Of a DNA stretch of 64,000 bases, positions 34,153 through 45,859 are shown in pieces. The notes beneath the pieces were generated by a model. The model was not told where the DNA came from. It worked only from the letters and a program-made list of their open reading frames with translations, and made no database searches. The position numbers were made by a program, and so were the translations under genes. The stretch spans positions 83,578,001-83,642,000 of the forward strand of contig CM059432.1 in the NCBI GenBank assembly GCA_030390025.1. Reading direction: 5' to 3'. Position 1 is the stretch's first letter. Every line of letters starts with the position of its first letter. Origin of the DNA: Squalus acanthias. Its lineage: Eukaryota.

Positions 34153-35171
34153 TGAAACTCTAATTATATGGATTTCTCAATATTTTGATTTGGAAACTCT
34201 TAAGCACAGTGGTTTTCTGTATGTGTCAGACACTTAGCAGACCAAAAATATTCAATTGGTGATTTATAAGCTGAGAAATGTAGTTATCTGAATGAGTATA
34301 GCTGCACACTGAAGACCAGGGAATTAGTTAAAACTAATTTGACACTAACTTAACAGACCTCTATTTGGCTCCTATATCCAACATAAATTTCAATATGGAT
34401 GCAAAATTGATTCCATGCTCTAGTTTGGCCCATTGAGTTGGTATTTATGCTGGATTCACATTAATTAAGTGAATCTTGTGTAAACCCCATGACAAATGTT
34501 ATTGTAATAGCTCAGCTCAGAGTGAAATGATATTAGTTCACCTATAATTAAACCAAGCAAACATCAGTGAGATTACTCATTCACCCTTTCTGTGGATATT
34601 CCAAGTCAATAAAGATTTTCTGGGCTTTATGTGCATGTGCAGCCATTTGTCATACGTTCACAAATCACCTATGCCAAGTGAAAATGCAAATTCAGGTTAA
34701 CAGCTGTATTTGTGGCCAAATCCAGGTTCCATTCAGTTTGCTTGTGGTTAATGTATTCCCCTGACAGGTTTGTTCATTTTTATTGCCAATTGGAATTTTG
34801 TAATACTACGAGTAATCACAGAATGAACAACTGGGAGTTTGGTAAGTGTGGGAGTTCGGTGAAGTGGGGGAAGGAGGTGCTTGCCTTTCCTAACTTCTCC
34901 CGCAGAGTGGCGGTGGACCTGAGCGGGAGCAGACCGAGGCCCCAGAGCGGGGATAAAAGCAGCAGCAGGCCTGCATCAACAAGAGAAAACAGCAGTGTGA
35001 CGTCATAGGTAAGGCAGGTAAGTGATTGGTAGTGACTGTGGGCTAAGTTTTAAGTTAACATATAACATATAACTAAATTTTAAAAACTAAACTTAATGTA
35101 ATTAATTTAATAAACTAAACGAGGTAAATAATTTGATTAATATTAAACTAATTAATTAAATAAATAAAATA

Positions 35172-36125
35172 ATGGGAGAACAGGAGATGTGTTGCTGCTG
35201 CAATATGTGGGAGCTTGTGGACATTTTTGTCCAGGGTGACTTCATCTGCTGTAAGTGTCTGCGGCTCGAGGAGCTTTGGCTCCAAGTTGAGGAGCTGGAG
35301 TCCGAGCTGCAGACATTGCAAGACATCAGGGAGGGAGAAAGTTACCTGGACCTTTTGCTCCAGGAGGCAGCCAGACCCCTTAGATTAAATACTTTAGAAT
35401 TGACACATGGTCAGGGACAGGAGGGTGTGACTGCAAGTGAGGCAGGTACGGGGATCCAGGAGGTAGTATTGCAGGAGCCTCAGTCCCTGCACTTGTCCAA
35501 TAGATTTGAGGCTCTTGCAACCCTTGTGGACCAGTGCAGGGACTGCAGGGAGGACGAGCAAACTGACCACGGCACCGTGGTACAGGAAGCCGTTCAAGTG
35601 GGGGGAGTAAAAAGGAAGGTGGTTGTAGTAGGTGACAGTATAGTGAGGGGGATGGACACTTTTCTCTGCAGCCAGGAGTGTGAGTCCCGAAGGCTATGTT
35701 GCCTACCCGGTGCCAGGGTAAAGGACATCTCCTCCGAGCTGGAGAAGAACTTCGAGTGGGAGGGGGAGGATCCAGTTGTTGTGGTCCATGTAGGTACCAA
35801 AGACATAGGTAGGACAAAGAAAGAGGTTCTGCTGAGAGAGTTTGAGCAGCCAGGGACTAAATTAAAAAGCAGAACCACAAAGGTCATAATCTCTGGATTA
35901 TCACCGGAGCCACGAGCAAATTGGCATAGGGTCAACAGGATCAGGGAGATGAATGCGTGGCTCACAGATTGGTGTGGGAGAAGTGGGTTTCAATTCGTGG
36001 GGCACTGGCACCAGTACTGAGGAAAGAGAGAGCTGTTCCGTTGGGACGGACTACACCTGGACCATGCCGGGACCAGAGTTCTAATTAATCGAATAACTAG
36101 GGAGGTAGATAGGGCTTTAAACTAA
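35172..36125 (+). pseudogene. CR1 ORF1 (zinc finger, leucine zipper, SGNH esterase)
   Basis: CCCC..CCKC, LEEL..VEELESEL, LSNRF, VVGDS, HVGTKD. After a premature TGA (36018-36020) the frame continues DGLHL..EVDRALN*. Confidence 0.9.
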
Positions 36126-39117
36126 ATAAGAGGGTGGAGAGAAATCTAGAATGCTAAAGAGAAAAGACAAGGAAGCAGTGCAGGAAAGTGATTGGGGTAA
36201 GGATAACCAGATTGTGTCAGGAAGGGACAGAGCATACAAACAAAGGAGTGCACTAACAAATAGGGTCCGGGTAAGAAAAAATGGTAATAAGACAAATAGG
36301 GCCATAGTACAAAAAAATGTCAGGATGTCTAAAAATGTTAAAAAGACAAATCTAAAGGCACTGTATCTGAATGCACGAAGCATTCGTAATAAGGTAGATG
36401 AATTAACAGCGCAAATAGATGTAAACGGATACGATATAATTGCGATTATGGAGACATGGCTGCAGGGTGACCAAGGCTGGGAGCTGAATATCCAAGGCTA
36501 TTCGATATTTAGGAAGGACAGGCAAAAAGGAAAAGGAGGTGGGGTGGCGTTGTTAGTAAAGGATGAAATCAGAGCAATAGTGAGAAAGGATATTGGCTCA
36601 GAAAATCAAGATGTGGAATCAGTCTGGGTGGAGCTAAGAAGCATCAAGGGGCAGAAAACATTGGTGGGAGTTGTCTATCGGCCTCCAAACAGTAGTGGTA
36701 ATGTAGGGAATGGTATCAAACAGGAAATTAGAGATGCATGTAACAAGGGTACTACAGTAATCATGGGTGACTTTAATCTACTGGCCAAACCAAATTAGCA
36801 ACAATACTGTGGAGGATGAATTCCTGGAGTGTGTACGAGATGGTTTTTTAGACCAGTACATTGAGGAGCCAACTAGGGAACAGGCTATCCTAGATTGGGT
36901 ATTGTGCAATGAGAAGGGGTTAATTAATAATCTTGTTGTGCGGGGTCCTTTTGGGAAGAGTGACCATAACATGATAAAACTCTTCATTAAAATGGAAAGT
37001 GAAGAAGTCCAATCCGAAACTAGGGTCCTAAATGAAGGATACTACGAAGGTATGAGTGAGTTGGCAATGATAGATTGGGGAGCTTCATTAAAAGGCATGA
37101 TGGTGGATAGGCAATAGCTAACATTTAAGGAACGAATGCATGAATTGCAACAGTTATACATTCCTTTCTGGCGCAAAAACACAAAAAGAAAAGCGGCCCA
37201 ACCATGGCTAACAAAAGAAATTAAGGATAGTATTAGATCCAAAGAGGAGTCATATAAAGTTGCCAGAAAAAGTAGCAAGCCTGAGGATTGGGAGCAGTTT
37301 AGAGTTCAGCAAAAAAGGACCAAGAGATTGATTAAGAGGGGAAAAATAGAGTATGAGAGTAAACTTGCAAGGAACATAAAAGCAGATTGTAAAAGCTTCT
37401 ACAAGTATGTAAAAAGAAAAAGATTAGTGAAGACAAATGTAGGTCCCTTACAGTCAGAAACGGGAGAATTTATAAAAGGGAACAAGGAAATGGCAGAGCA
37501 ATTAAGCAAGAGGACACAAATAACTTTCCCAGAAATGCTAGGGAACCAAGGGTCTAGTGAGAAGAAGGAATTAAAGGAAATTAGTATTAGTGAAAAAATA
37601 GTGCTGGAGAAATTAATGGGACTGAAAGCCAATAAATCCCCAGGGCCTGATAATCTGCTTCCCAGGGTACTAAAAGAGGTAGCCATGGAAATAGTGGATG
37701 CATTGGTTGTCATCTTCCAAAATTCTATAGATTATGGAACAGTTCCTGCAGATTGCAGGGTAGCAAATGTAACCCCACTATTTAAAAAAAGAGGGAGAGA
37801 GAAAACCGGGAACTACAGACCGGTTAGCCTAACATTAGTAGTAGGGAAAATGTCTACTATAAAGGATGTGATAACAAGACACTTCGAAAATATCAATGGG
37901 ATTAGACAAAGTCAACATGAATTTATGAAAGGGAAATCGTGTTTGACAAACCTACTGGAGTTTTTTGAGGATGTAACTGGTAGAATAGATAAGGGAGAAC
38001 CAGTGGATGTAGTGTACTTGAATTTTTCAGAAGGCCTTTGATAAAGTTCCACATAAGAGATTAGTGTGCAAAATTAAAGTACGTGGGATTGGGGTAATAT
38101 ACTGGCATGGATTGAAAATTGGTTAACAGACAGGAAACAGAGAGTAGGAATAAATGGATCTTTTTCGGGGTGGCAGGCGGTGACTAGTGGGGTAATACAG
38201 GGATCAGTGCTTGGGCCCCAGCTATTCACAATATATATGAATGATTTGGATGAGGGAACCAAATGTAATATTTTCAAGTTTGCTGACGACACAAAACTAG
38301 GTGGAATTGTGAGTTGTGAGGAGGATACAAAGAGGCTTCAAGGCGATTTAGACAAGTTGAGTGAGTGGGAAAATACATGGCAGATGTAGTATAACGTGGA
38401 TAAATGTGAAGTTATCCACTTCGGTAGGAAAAGCAGAAAGGCAGAGTATAATTTAAATGGTGATAGAGTGGGAAATGTTGATGTACAAAGGGACCTGAGT
38501 GTCCTTGTACACCAGTCACTGAAAGCAAACATGCAGGTGCAGCAAGCAGTTAGGAAGGCAAATGGTATGCTGGCCTTCATTGCAAGAGGATTTGAGTACA
38601 GGAGCAAGGCTGTCTTACTACAGTTATACAGGGCCTTGGTGAGACCACACCTGGAGTACTGTGTGCAGTTTTGGTCTCCTTACCTAAGAAAAGATATACT
38701 TGCTATAGAGGGAGTGCAGCGAAGGTTCACCAGGCTGATTCCTGGGATGGCAGGACTGTCGTATGAGGAGAGATTGGGTCGACTTGCCTATATTCACTAG
38801 AGTTTAGAAGAATGAGAGGGGATTTCATTGAAACGTATAAAATTCTGACAGGGCTAGACAGACTGGATGCAGGGAGAATGTTTCCCCTGGCTGGGGGGTC
38901 TAGAACGAGGGGTCATAGTCTCAGGATACGGGGTAGGACATTTAGGACTGAGATGAGGAGAAATGTCTTCACTCAGAGGGTGGTGAACCTGTGGAATTCT
39001 CTACCACAGAAGGCTGTGGGGGCCAAGTCACTGAATATATTTAAGAAGGAGATAGATAGATTTCTAGACACAAAAAGCATCAAGGGGTATGGGGAAAGAG
39101 CAGGAATATGGTATTGA
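36116..39117 (+). pseudogene. CR1 ORF2 (EN+RT), disrupted
   Basis: LNARSIRNK, YRPPNS, MGDFN, SDH, GNYRPVSL, KFADD and RPHLEYC spread across six ORFs. Confidence 0.93.
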
Positions 39118-39215
39118 GATAGAGGATCAGCCATGATCATATTGAATGGTGGAGCATGCTCGAATGGCCTACTCCTGCTCCTATTTTTCTATTTCTATGT
39201 TTCTATGTTCCTAAT

Positions 39216-40873
39216 GGCCCGTATTTTCCGATCGCAGGCCTCCCGCGGGCGGAGGCCTGCGATCTGGAAAAATCTACGCCCTTACCTGAGGGCTCCCGGG
39301 ACGCACACGCTTCTGCTCCTGGGCCTCTCCAAACTGCAAGTGTGCAGGGCCCACGTATCCCAGAGGCGCATGTAGTTCGCAGTGTCCCTGGGATCACGTG
39401 GGCCATGGGGAGCCAATCACAGAAGGGAATCTCCCTTCATACACTTGACAGGAAGACCGGTCAAATATCTGAATGGAGATCACCCCAAAAACATAGTAAA
39501 ACTTTAAATAATTTTTTTTTTAAATCACATTTTTAAAATGACTTGAAATTACAATAAATTAAGGGGGAAAAATTCAGTTGGTTGCGCCTCCCGTTAGCGC
39601 CTTAAGAGGGTGCTAATGGGGCGCAAATCATCGAGCGCCCAGGCGCGGCGATGTTTGCGTCGCTCGCGAAATTAACTAGACACTTTGCGGCGGCGCTAAA
39701 CACTACCGCCACGATCTCCTGCGCCGGCAGATCGTGACGTCAGTCGAGTGCGCAACGCCCCGGTATCGCCCCGGAGCGGATATTGAGTGGCGCCCCCTGC
39801 TTTACCGCCTGACGCTAGCAACGACATGTTGAGGGGAGCGTTTTGCAGTCATGAAGGGACTGGGGGAGCGCTATTTAAAGGCGACCGCTTCCTGCCTTTT
39901 ATTGTTGGTGCCATTTTTGAACCACGCATTCTGAGAGAGAGGGAGAGAGTCTTCTGGAGAGATTCAATGCTGTGTGAAGGAGTTTTGGGTACTGAGCAGC
40001 ACTTTGCAGGTTAATTTTGATTTGCCATTCCTTGTATCGATTTAGAAGAGACTGTTGGGGCTGCACTCTGAGCTCTTTCCCTGGTACTCTCCATTGTTCT
40101 TTCCAGCAGATTTGATGTGCAGGTCTCTCCAGGCCGAGATTCAAGGCTGCAATGAGCACGATGTGGATGGAAAGCAAGATCAACCATCCCCTTTAAGAAC
40201 TGGCCCGTGCCATTGTGTGTGTGTTCCGTTGCTGACTGACATCACATGAGCTTCGCCAGCGCTCTGAGTTAGCGTCTCGCTCCTCGGCCTTTGCGCCTTA
40301 AGACAGGTGTGAAGCGCCTGATTTAGCGCTCCAATCACCTCCAGGGGCGATAAAAATCAAGTTTGCAGTCGGTGGCGATAATTAGCGCCAGGCGCTAATC
40401 TTTGCGCCCGGCCGATAATTGCGCCCCAAATGGGGCGATACTGAATTTCTCCCCCCAAGTATTTTAAACAAAAATTAAATTTTTTGAAAAAAGTAATGAA
40501 AGTTTTTTACAGGGCTAAAAATAAACGTACCTTTTTTTAAAAGTATTTTTAAATGATAAATCAGTGAAAATTATTTTATTTTTTTCACTTTTTTCTACTC
40601 TTATCCTGGTAAAAGCAGGCCTTACACCTGCTTTTACCAGGCGTAAGAATTGTAAGGGTTCTCTGCGGGCGGAGGGTCTGCAAAAAGCGGAACTATCCGC
40701 CTGCAGAGGCCCTTCTCCAGGGCAGCCGAAGGATCTGTCAAGACCATTCTTGACAGATCGGAAATGCCGGTTTTCAGCGCATGCACTGTGCATGCCTGAA
40801 ACCGGCATTTCCGATGTCCCTACGGGTGGGTACACAGCACGTACACGCCCGTAGGGATCGGAATATCTGGGCC
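39216..40873 (-). mobile_element. Harbinger-type MITE family M2 (762 bp without the nested M1)
   Basis: TIR GGCCCGTATTTTCCGATC / GATCGGAATATCTGGGCC with AAT TSD. Inverted homologue of 61461-62225 and 62313-63077. Confidence 0.9.
39563..40455 (+). mobile_element. Harbinger MITE family M1, copy 2 (893 bp)
   Basis: Same TIRs and body as 16830-17722; TSD TAA/CAA. Confidence 0.95.
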
Positions 40874-41234
40874 AATATCTTTAAGAATGGCTCTGGCAGC
40901 ACCTTTTATTTTCCAACTTACTGGAGTTGACACCGGAACCTTTCTTAATAATGAGGATTCTGTGGCAGTGTGGGTTAGAATGCCAGTCCCAGTTCTGTGA
41001 GACCAGTAAAATTTGTGCTGGGAATGTTGGCTTCAAGTCAATTTTGTGATCTCTATTTATTTGAATAAGTAGCATAAACTCCCACCTTTGGCTTTGTGCT
41101 GGCAGCAAGGTTAATGAAGGCTGCACAAAATCTGAACAGCAGCTCAAATTTAAAGTGATGTATGCATTTGGAGACTGAGATACCACAGGTGATGGTGCAT
41201 TTGTCCCAGTGCATTCTGCATTTCCGATGCATAG

Positions 41235-42419
41235 TGTAAGCGGTTTTGATCCTAGCCCAATTGCTAGACGGACGGTTCGAATCGCCCCCGCCTTACGAAA
41301 GTTCTATACCCGGGAATTATTATTCAGAGTGTAAATGAAATAAGTCACGGACAGGAATGCTTCGGTGAAAAATCGTACTTATATTTATTTGGTCTAACAT
41401 ACACTGGCTAAAACATGCACTACTAAACGAAATCACTGTCTCTGTGGAGAATAAAAATCCAGGTTATAAACAACATACATACAGTACCCAACTGGGGACT
41501 ATAACAAGCAGTAATTCCCTTGTTGCTATGGTGGACTCTAATTCCACCCCTACCAACGAATTACCCAGTTGCATAAGCCCCTTCGCCTGGCTGAACCAAA
41601 CGAAGCTCCCACCCCGGAATAGCCCAAAAGCTTCACTTCTGAGAAAAACCCTGAGCTCTTTACACCTCACCCAGCTCGCCTGGGATATCTGGTTACTGGC
41701 TTGGGACACTCGAGACCATACTTACCACCACACACAGTCGGTCTCGATCGCTCCGCTTAGCTGCTTCTTCCTCTGGTACTTCTTCTTGTTAGGTCGATCT
41801 TGGTGCAGCGAGAGCGAGAGAGAGAGAGAATGGTGGGAAAGGGTCTATCTTGAGAGGAGTCTCGCTACCCCTATCTTTCCCGCCAATCTTTAAAATCCTT
41901 TTGTTTCTAAGCACTCCGGTGCTTAATCAGTGATGGGTCATCCTCAGACCCTTGAGTATTCCGAGATTGGACTAATGGCCCTAAGTCTGGGACATCTCTC
42001 GGTCTTTGTGTTGGGAAAAACTGGCTCCTCTCCGGCTGGCTAGGCCAGTGGGTTCATTGTTCTGCTTCTCTTCTGAGATGGAGGTGAGAAGTGCTTTTGC
42101 ATATTAGAGTGGCTTTCTAACAGGTTCAAGTTCAACGGGTCAATGGCCCCCTTCCCCTTTTCGAGGACTGTCGGGGGAACCCATTCGGGATGACTGACAG
42201 TTGTTTTGTCACAGCCAACTGCCATGCGTTCTCTGAAGTTTTAACAAACCAGTTTTTCACATATCTGCACAGGGTGATCCCATCACAGGGAAAATACCCT
42301 CATAAAAATCCCATAAAGTCCACAAAATATTCTCGACTGAGTCCATTCTTCAAACAGAGACTTTGCGATCTCTTCAATCGAGGGGATCTGCATGGGTTTT
42401 CCAAAGTCCTTCATTTACA
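41235..42419 (-). mobile_element. Probable solo LTR (~1185 bp)
   Basis: TGTAA...TTACA termini. On the minus strand, in order: CCAAT (41966-41970), TTTAAA TATA-like (41889-41894), (CT)n tract, AATAAA (41384-41389). More CpG than the flanks. TSD imperfect (CATAG/CACTG). Confidence 0.65.
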
Positions 42420-42928
42420 CACTGCTGGTGCGCTCTCAGTGTGATGCATGTCACGTACTAGGAATGTGGAAGCTGGGGGTTGGGGCAGGATTTCTTGGGA
42501 TGGAGCATTAATGTGCATATACAGCTCCTTAAAGTTGCACCGGCACTTCTTATTGACTGCAAATTCTGCTTCTTCTGTAGTGTATTGTGCTGAGATGATC
42601 GAGGAGTTTGCGGTTGGCTGGAGGGCGGGAGGACAGCTTCCACTGTTTTCTGGAAAGCTCTAGCAGTCATGCTGACAGAGATGATGGCAGAGAGGTGTTC
42701 CATTTGTCGATACGAGGGCACTTTCTTCAGCAAGCTGCAGTTAGGGATGCTGAGGAAAAGGTGGCCAAACAGATGAATGCAGTTTCTGCAATAAAATGCC
42801 CGCTCCCTGACCCTCCTCCGTTAAAACCAGAAGTGGGCAGCTTCGAGGTGGGTCGAGTTTGAAATCTTAAAGATTTTCATTTCTTACCTGACCCAAACCC
42901 ACCTGTTTTGGGGGTTAAAATTACCCCC
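42420..42928 (+). mobile_element. Decayed Harbinger-derived remnant
   Basis: Myb-like remnant (REVF..RDAEEKVAKQMNAVSA) and terminus AAAATTACCCCC. Confidence 0.5.
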
Positions 42929-44268
42929 TATGTGTCCATAACAAACATTAATTATAGTAACTTTTTAAACTATTGAACTAACTTCTGATCATCTCAACTT
43001 ACGTATCTGAATTATTGGAAGATAATATGCAAAGGATACTGCAGTGTATTATGGGATTTATTTCATATGGAAGGACTTAGTAGCACAGATTTAAAAGAAT
43101 TGTAAGATGCTTTCACAAATTAAATAACTAAGAAACTCTATTTACTATAAATATGGTGTAGTTATTAAATTATTCACACATTGTGAGGTGTGCAGGATTT
43201 ACAGAATATCTTTTCACCATGATCCTTTGTGCACACTGGTTCGCGTTCATATTCTAGACTTGCCAGTTTTTCTTCTTTCAATGACCTTGTTATGCTTTTA
43301 GAGTAGGCAGATCACATTATTTGCAAATGTTAGGAGATTGGCACATTTCCCAGTGTCCTTTCATTTAGAATAGGCGTGGCAAAATAAAAGACTGGATCAA
43401 CTACCATTAATTTAGGACATCATTCTTTGTAAGTCACGTATAGTGTTCTGGGTTATATTTCATTGGACTCAATTCCAACCTCAATCATATGGTACATACT
43501 AACCAATATAGGATGAATGGTTGTAATATGCTATCCTCAGTGGTGAGCCGCATATTCAAATTGTAGATGTACAGTTCCACTCAAATAACTTCTGCTGTTA
43601 TGTATCAAGCAAAATGATTTCCCTCAGTGCGTGTCTGGTCTATTCCTACTTGAATGCAATGTAAATGGAATATGGTATAAGAACTTATGCAAAGGTTGCA
43701 AAACTAATTATTGCTGTATTTAATATACACATGTCTGAAGGAATAAAAATATCAATGAAGAAGTAAAACAGTTTGCTATATAACTTCAGAATTTGTTGGT
43801 ATTCTGCTGAATGATTCCTGTTTTGATCCCTTGTTCTACTTAGTTTATTTCCAATACTATTTGAAGTGGTTAGTTGAATCTTTCATGTGTAAAATGTCTG
43901 GATTCAGAACTCTAGATTAGACTTTAATCACACTCCTGATTTATTTATACTGATGCCAACTGCTCCAGCAAAAACATTCCTTCCTTTTATAGCTTCCTAT
44001 TTCTTCTTTCAAAGACATACAGAAAGCAAACAATTTCTTTTACTTTTATTTCCTCCCCTTTTTCTCCCTATGGGATTGCTTACCACCATGGATTCTTGTT
44101 CAGGCAGTCAAGCAGACTGGTCTTGGATCAACCAGTAGGAAGTGCCATTCCAGCGCTGGCCACTATTTAGTCTTTTCTTTGTCGTGGAAAGTGATAACAT
44201 TAAGACCAATTTTAACATTTCTGGTTTACAACGAATAAATTCTTCGAGATAACTTTCGTCAGTTTATT

Positions 44269-45031
44269 GGTCCGTAATTTGAAGTTGGGATAATGGCAAA
44301 CTGGCAGCGTTCGCCGTCATTCCGCCTTTGAAACTGACCCTAACTTCGGGATTTGGCGCAGGCGCAGGCGCAGGCACATGCAGAAACCCCGAAGTTGCAG
44401 TCTGTCATTAACAGCCCCGAAACAGGCAGCGCTGTGCCCACCCCGCGCCCCACCCCAGAGCCAGCAATCTGTGTAATCAGCCAAATCAGGGAAACTGACG
44501 AAAACTTTGGCTCTTTCACAGTAATTACACTGTTAAATTCCCCACTAAAAGTTAGACCCAAACGGATTAGGTGTAACTGGGGTTTTAACAGCATTATTAC
44601 TGCTAAACAAATGTTAAGGGCCTGGAAAACTAATCTTAATTTTGTGCAGTGTGAAATTTGTCCATTTTAATAAAAATTAAAATTTTTAAGAAACTTTTCA
44701 AAAAATTAAAAAAACTTTTTTTTAATTTGTCCATCTTTATTTCAGGTTTGCATTTTCCCCATGTGAGAGCCCCAATCTTTGTTTTGGTCTCTCTAACATT
44801 TTTTAAAAGTTAGAATTTTAACAGCTTATTCACTTCCTTGTTTGCTGTCTGTGAGAATTCTGCGTTTTGATTGGCTGCTTAGACAGCTTGTTGACGTCAC
44901 CGCAGTTTGCACAAGGGGATCCTCACTATACTTTGTTGATTTGAATTGAAGGCCGAAGTTCTCGACACAGGGATCGCGAGATCCTTGCACGGAGTGTACT
45001 TCGCTTAGCTGCTGACCGCAAATTCTGGGCC
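44269..45031. mobile_element. Harbinger-type MITE family M3 (763 bp)
   Basis: TIR GGTCCGTAATTTG / CAAATTCTGGGCC with ATT TSD (44266-44268, 45032-45034); GC-rich arms and AT-rich centre. Confidence 0.85.
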
Positions 45032-45364
45032 ATTGCGTTTTACAGCAGTTTCTGTTGGAAAATCTACAACCCAGAATGTGTGTGATTTTGAGATTCCAAA
45101 ATAATAATATTTAAGTGAAATGTTAAACAGTTGCTGTCAGACATGTGTTCATCAGCAGATACTACTTCCTGCTATTTCATTTTCATACCTGATCATTACC
45201 ATCACAGTCAGTAATTTCACTACGCAAACAAAATACTGCAGATTGTGCTAAAAATATTAGATAGATTACAAACTTCAATGTATTTATATTGCATGATGAA
45301 AGTAGATTGGGATCCTTCCTCAGGACTGTGCAGCAAGCATGATCCCAGTCTTATAGGCCTTCTG

Positions 45365-45745
45365 TTACAAGGAAAGACTGGAGAAACCTGGGCTCTTCAG
45401 CCTTGAAGGGAGATGTCTGAGAGGAGAGGTGATCTTATAGAGGTATTTAATATTGTAAATGGTATAGAAAAGGTAAATCTGGAAAGTTACTTTAAACTGC
45501 AAGCGTAGGACAAACAGCGACAGGTTTAAACTAGTAAAAAGCAAATTTAGGACTGATATCAGGAAGTTTTTCTTCCACAAAGAGTGATCAATACATGGAA
45601 TGGATTCTGCATAGAGTAATGGAAGCTGAAGTTCTTGAATCATTTAAGAACCAAGTTGAAACCCTGTGGGAGGATTTTAGCATCATTCTGTGTAGATGAA
45701 TTAAAAAGAACTGAATGGCCTTCTTCATCTGTCAAGATCCTGTAA
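45365..45745 (+). mobile_element. Old CR1 3' fragment
   Basis: ERLEKPGLFSLE..GDLIEVF..FFFHKRVINTWNG remnants and GAATGGCC 3'UTR. Confidence 0.8.
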
Positions 45746-45859
45746 TCCTGTAAAAATAGATTAGAGTTCTAGTTGCAATTTTAATCTCATTGCTGCTAGA
45801 ATTCCAATCTATTCTCCTTCAATTTACCACAGTCATACCTTTATCCATGTTCAAGAACA

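Larger units (their letters stand above)
34831..39210 (+). mobile_element. Full-length, disrupted CR1 LINE
   Basis: 5'UTR, ORF1 at 35172, ORF2 in several frameshifted pieces to 39117, (TTTCTATG)n tail. 5' boundary approximate. Confidence 0.94.

Noticed and set aside
41250..41290. tRNA gene
   Set aside because: A- and B-box-like motifs are only about 9 nt apart; no anticodon arm or cloverleaf.
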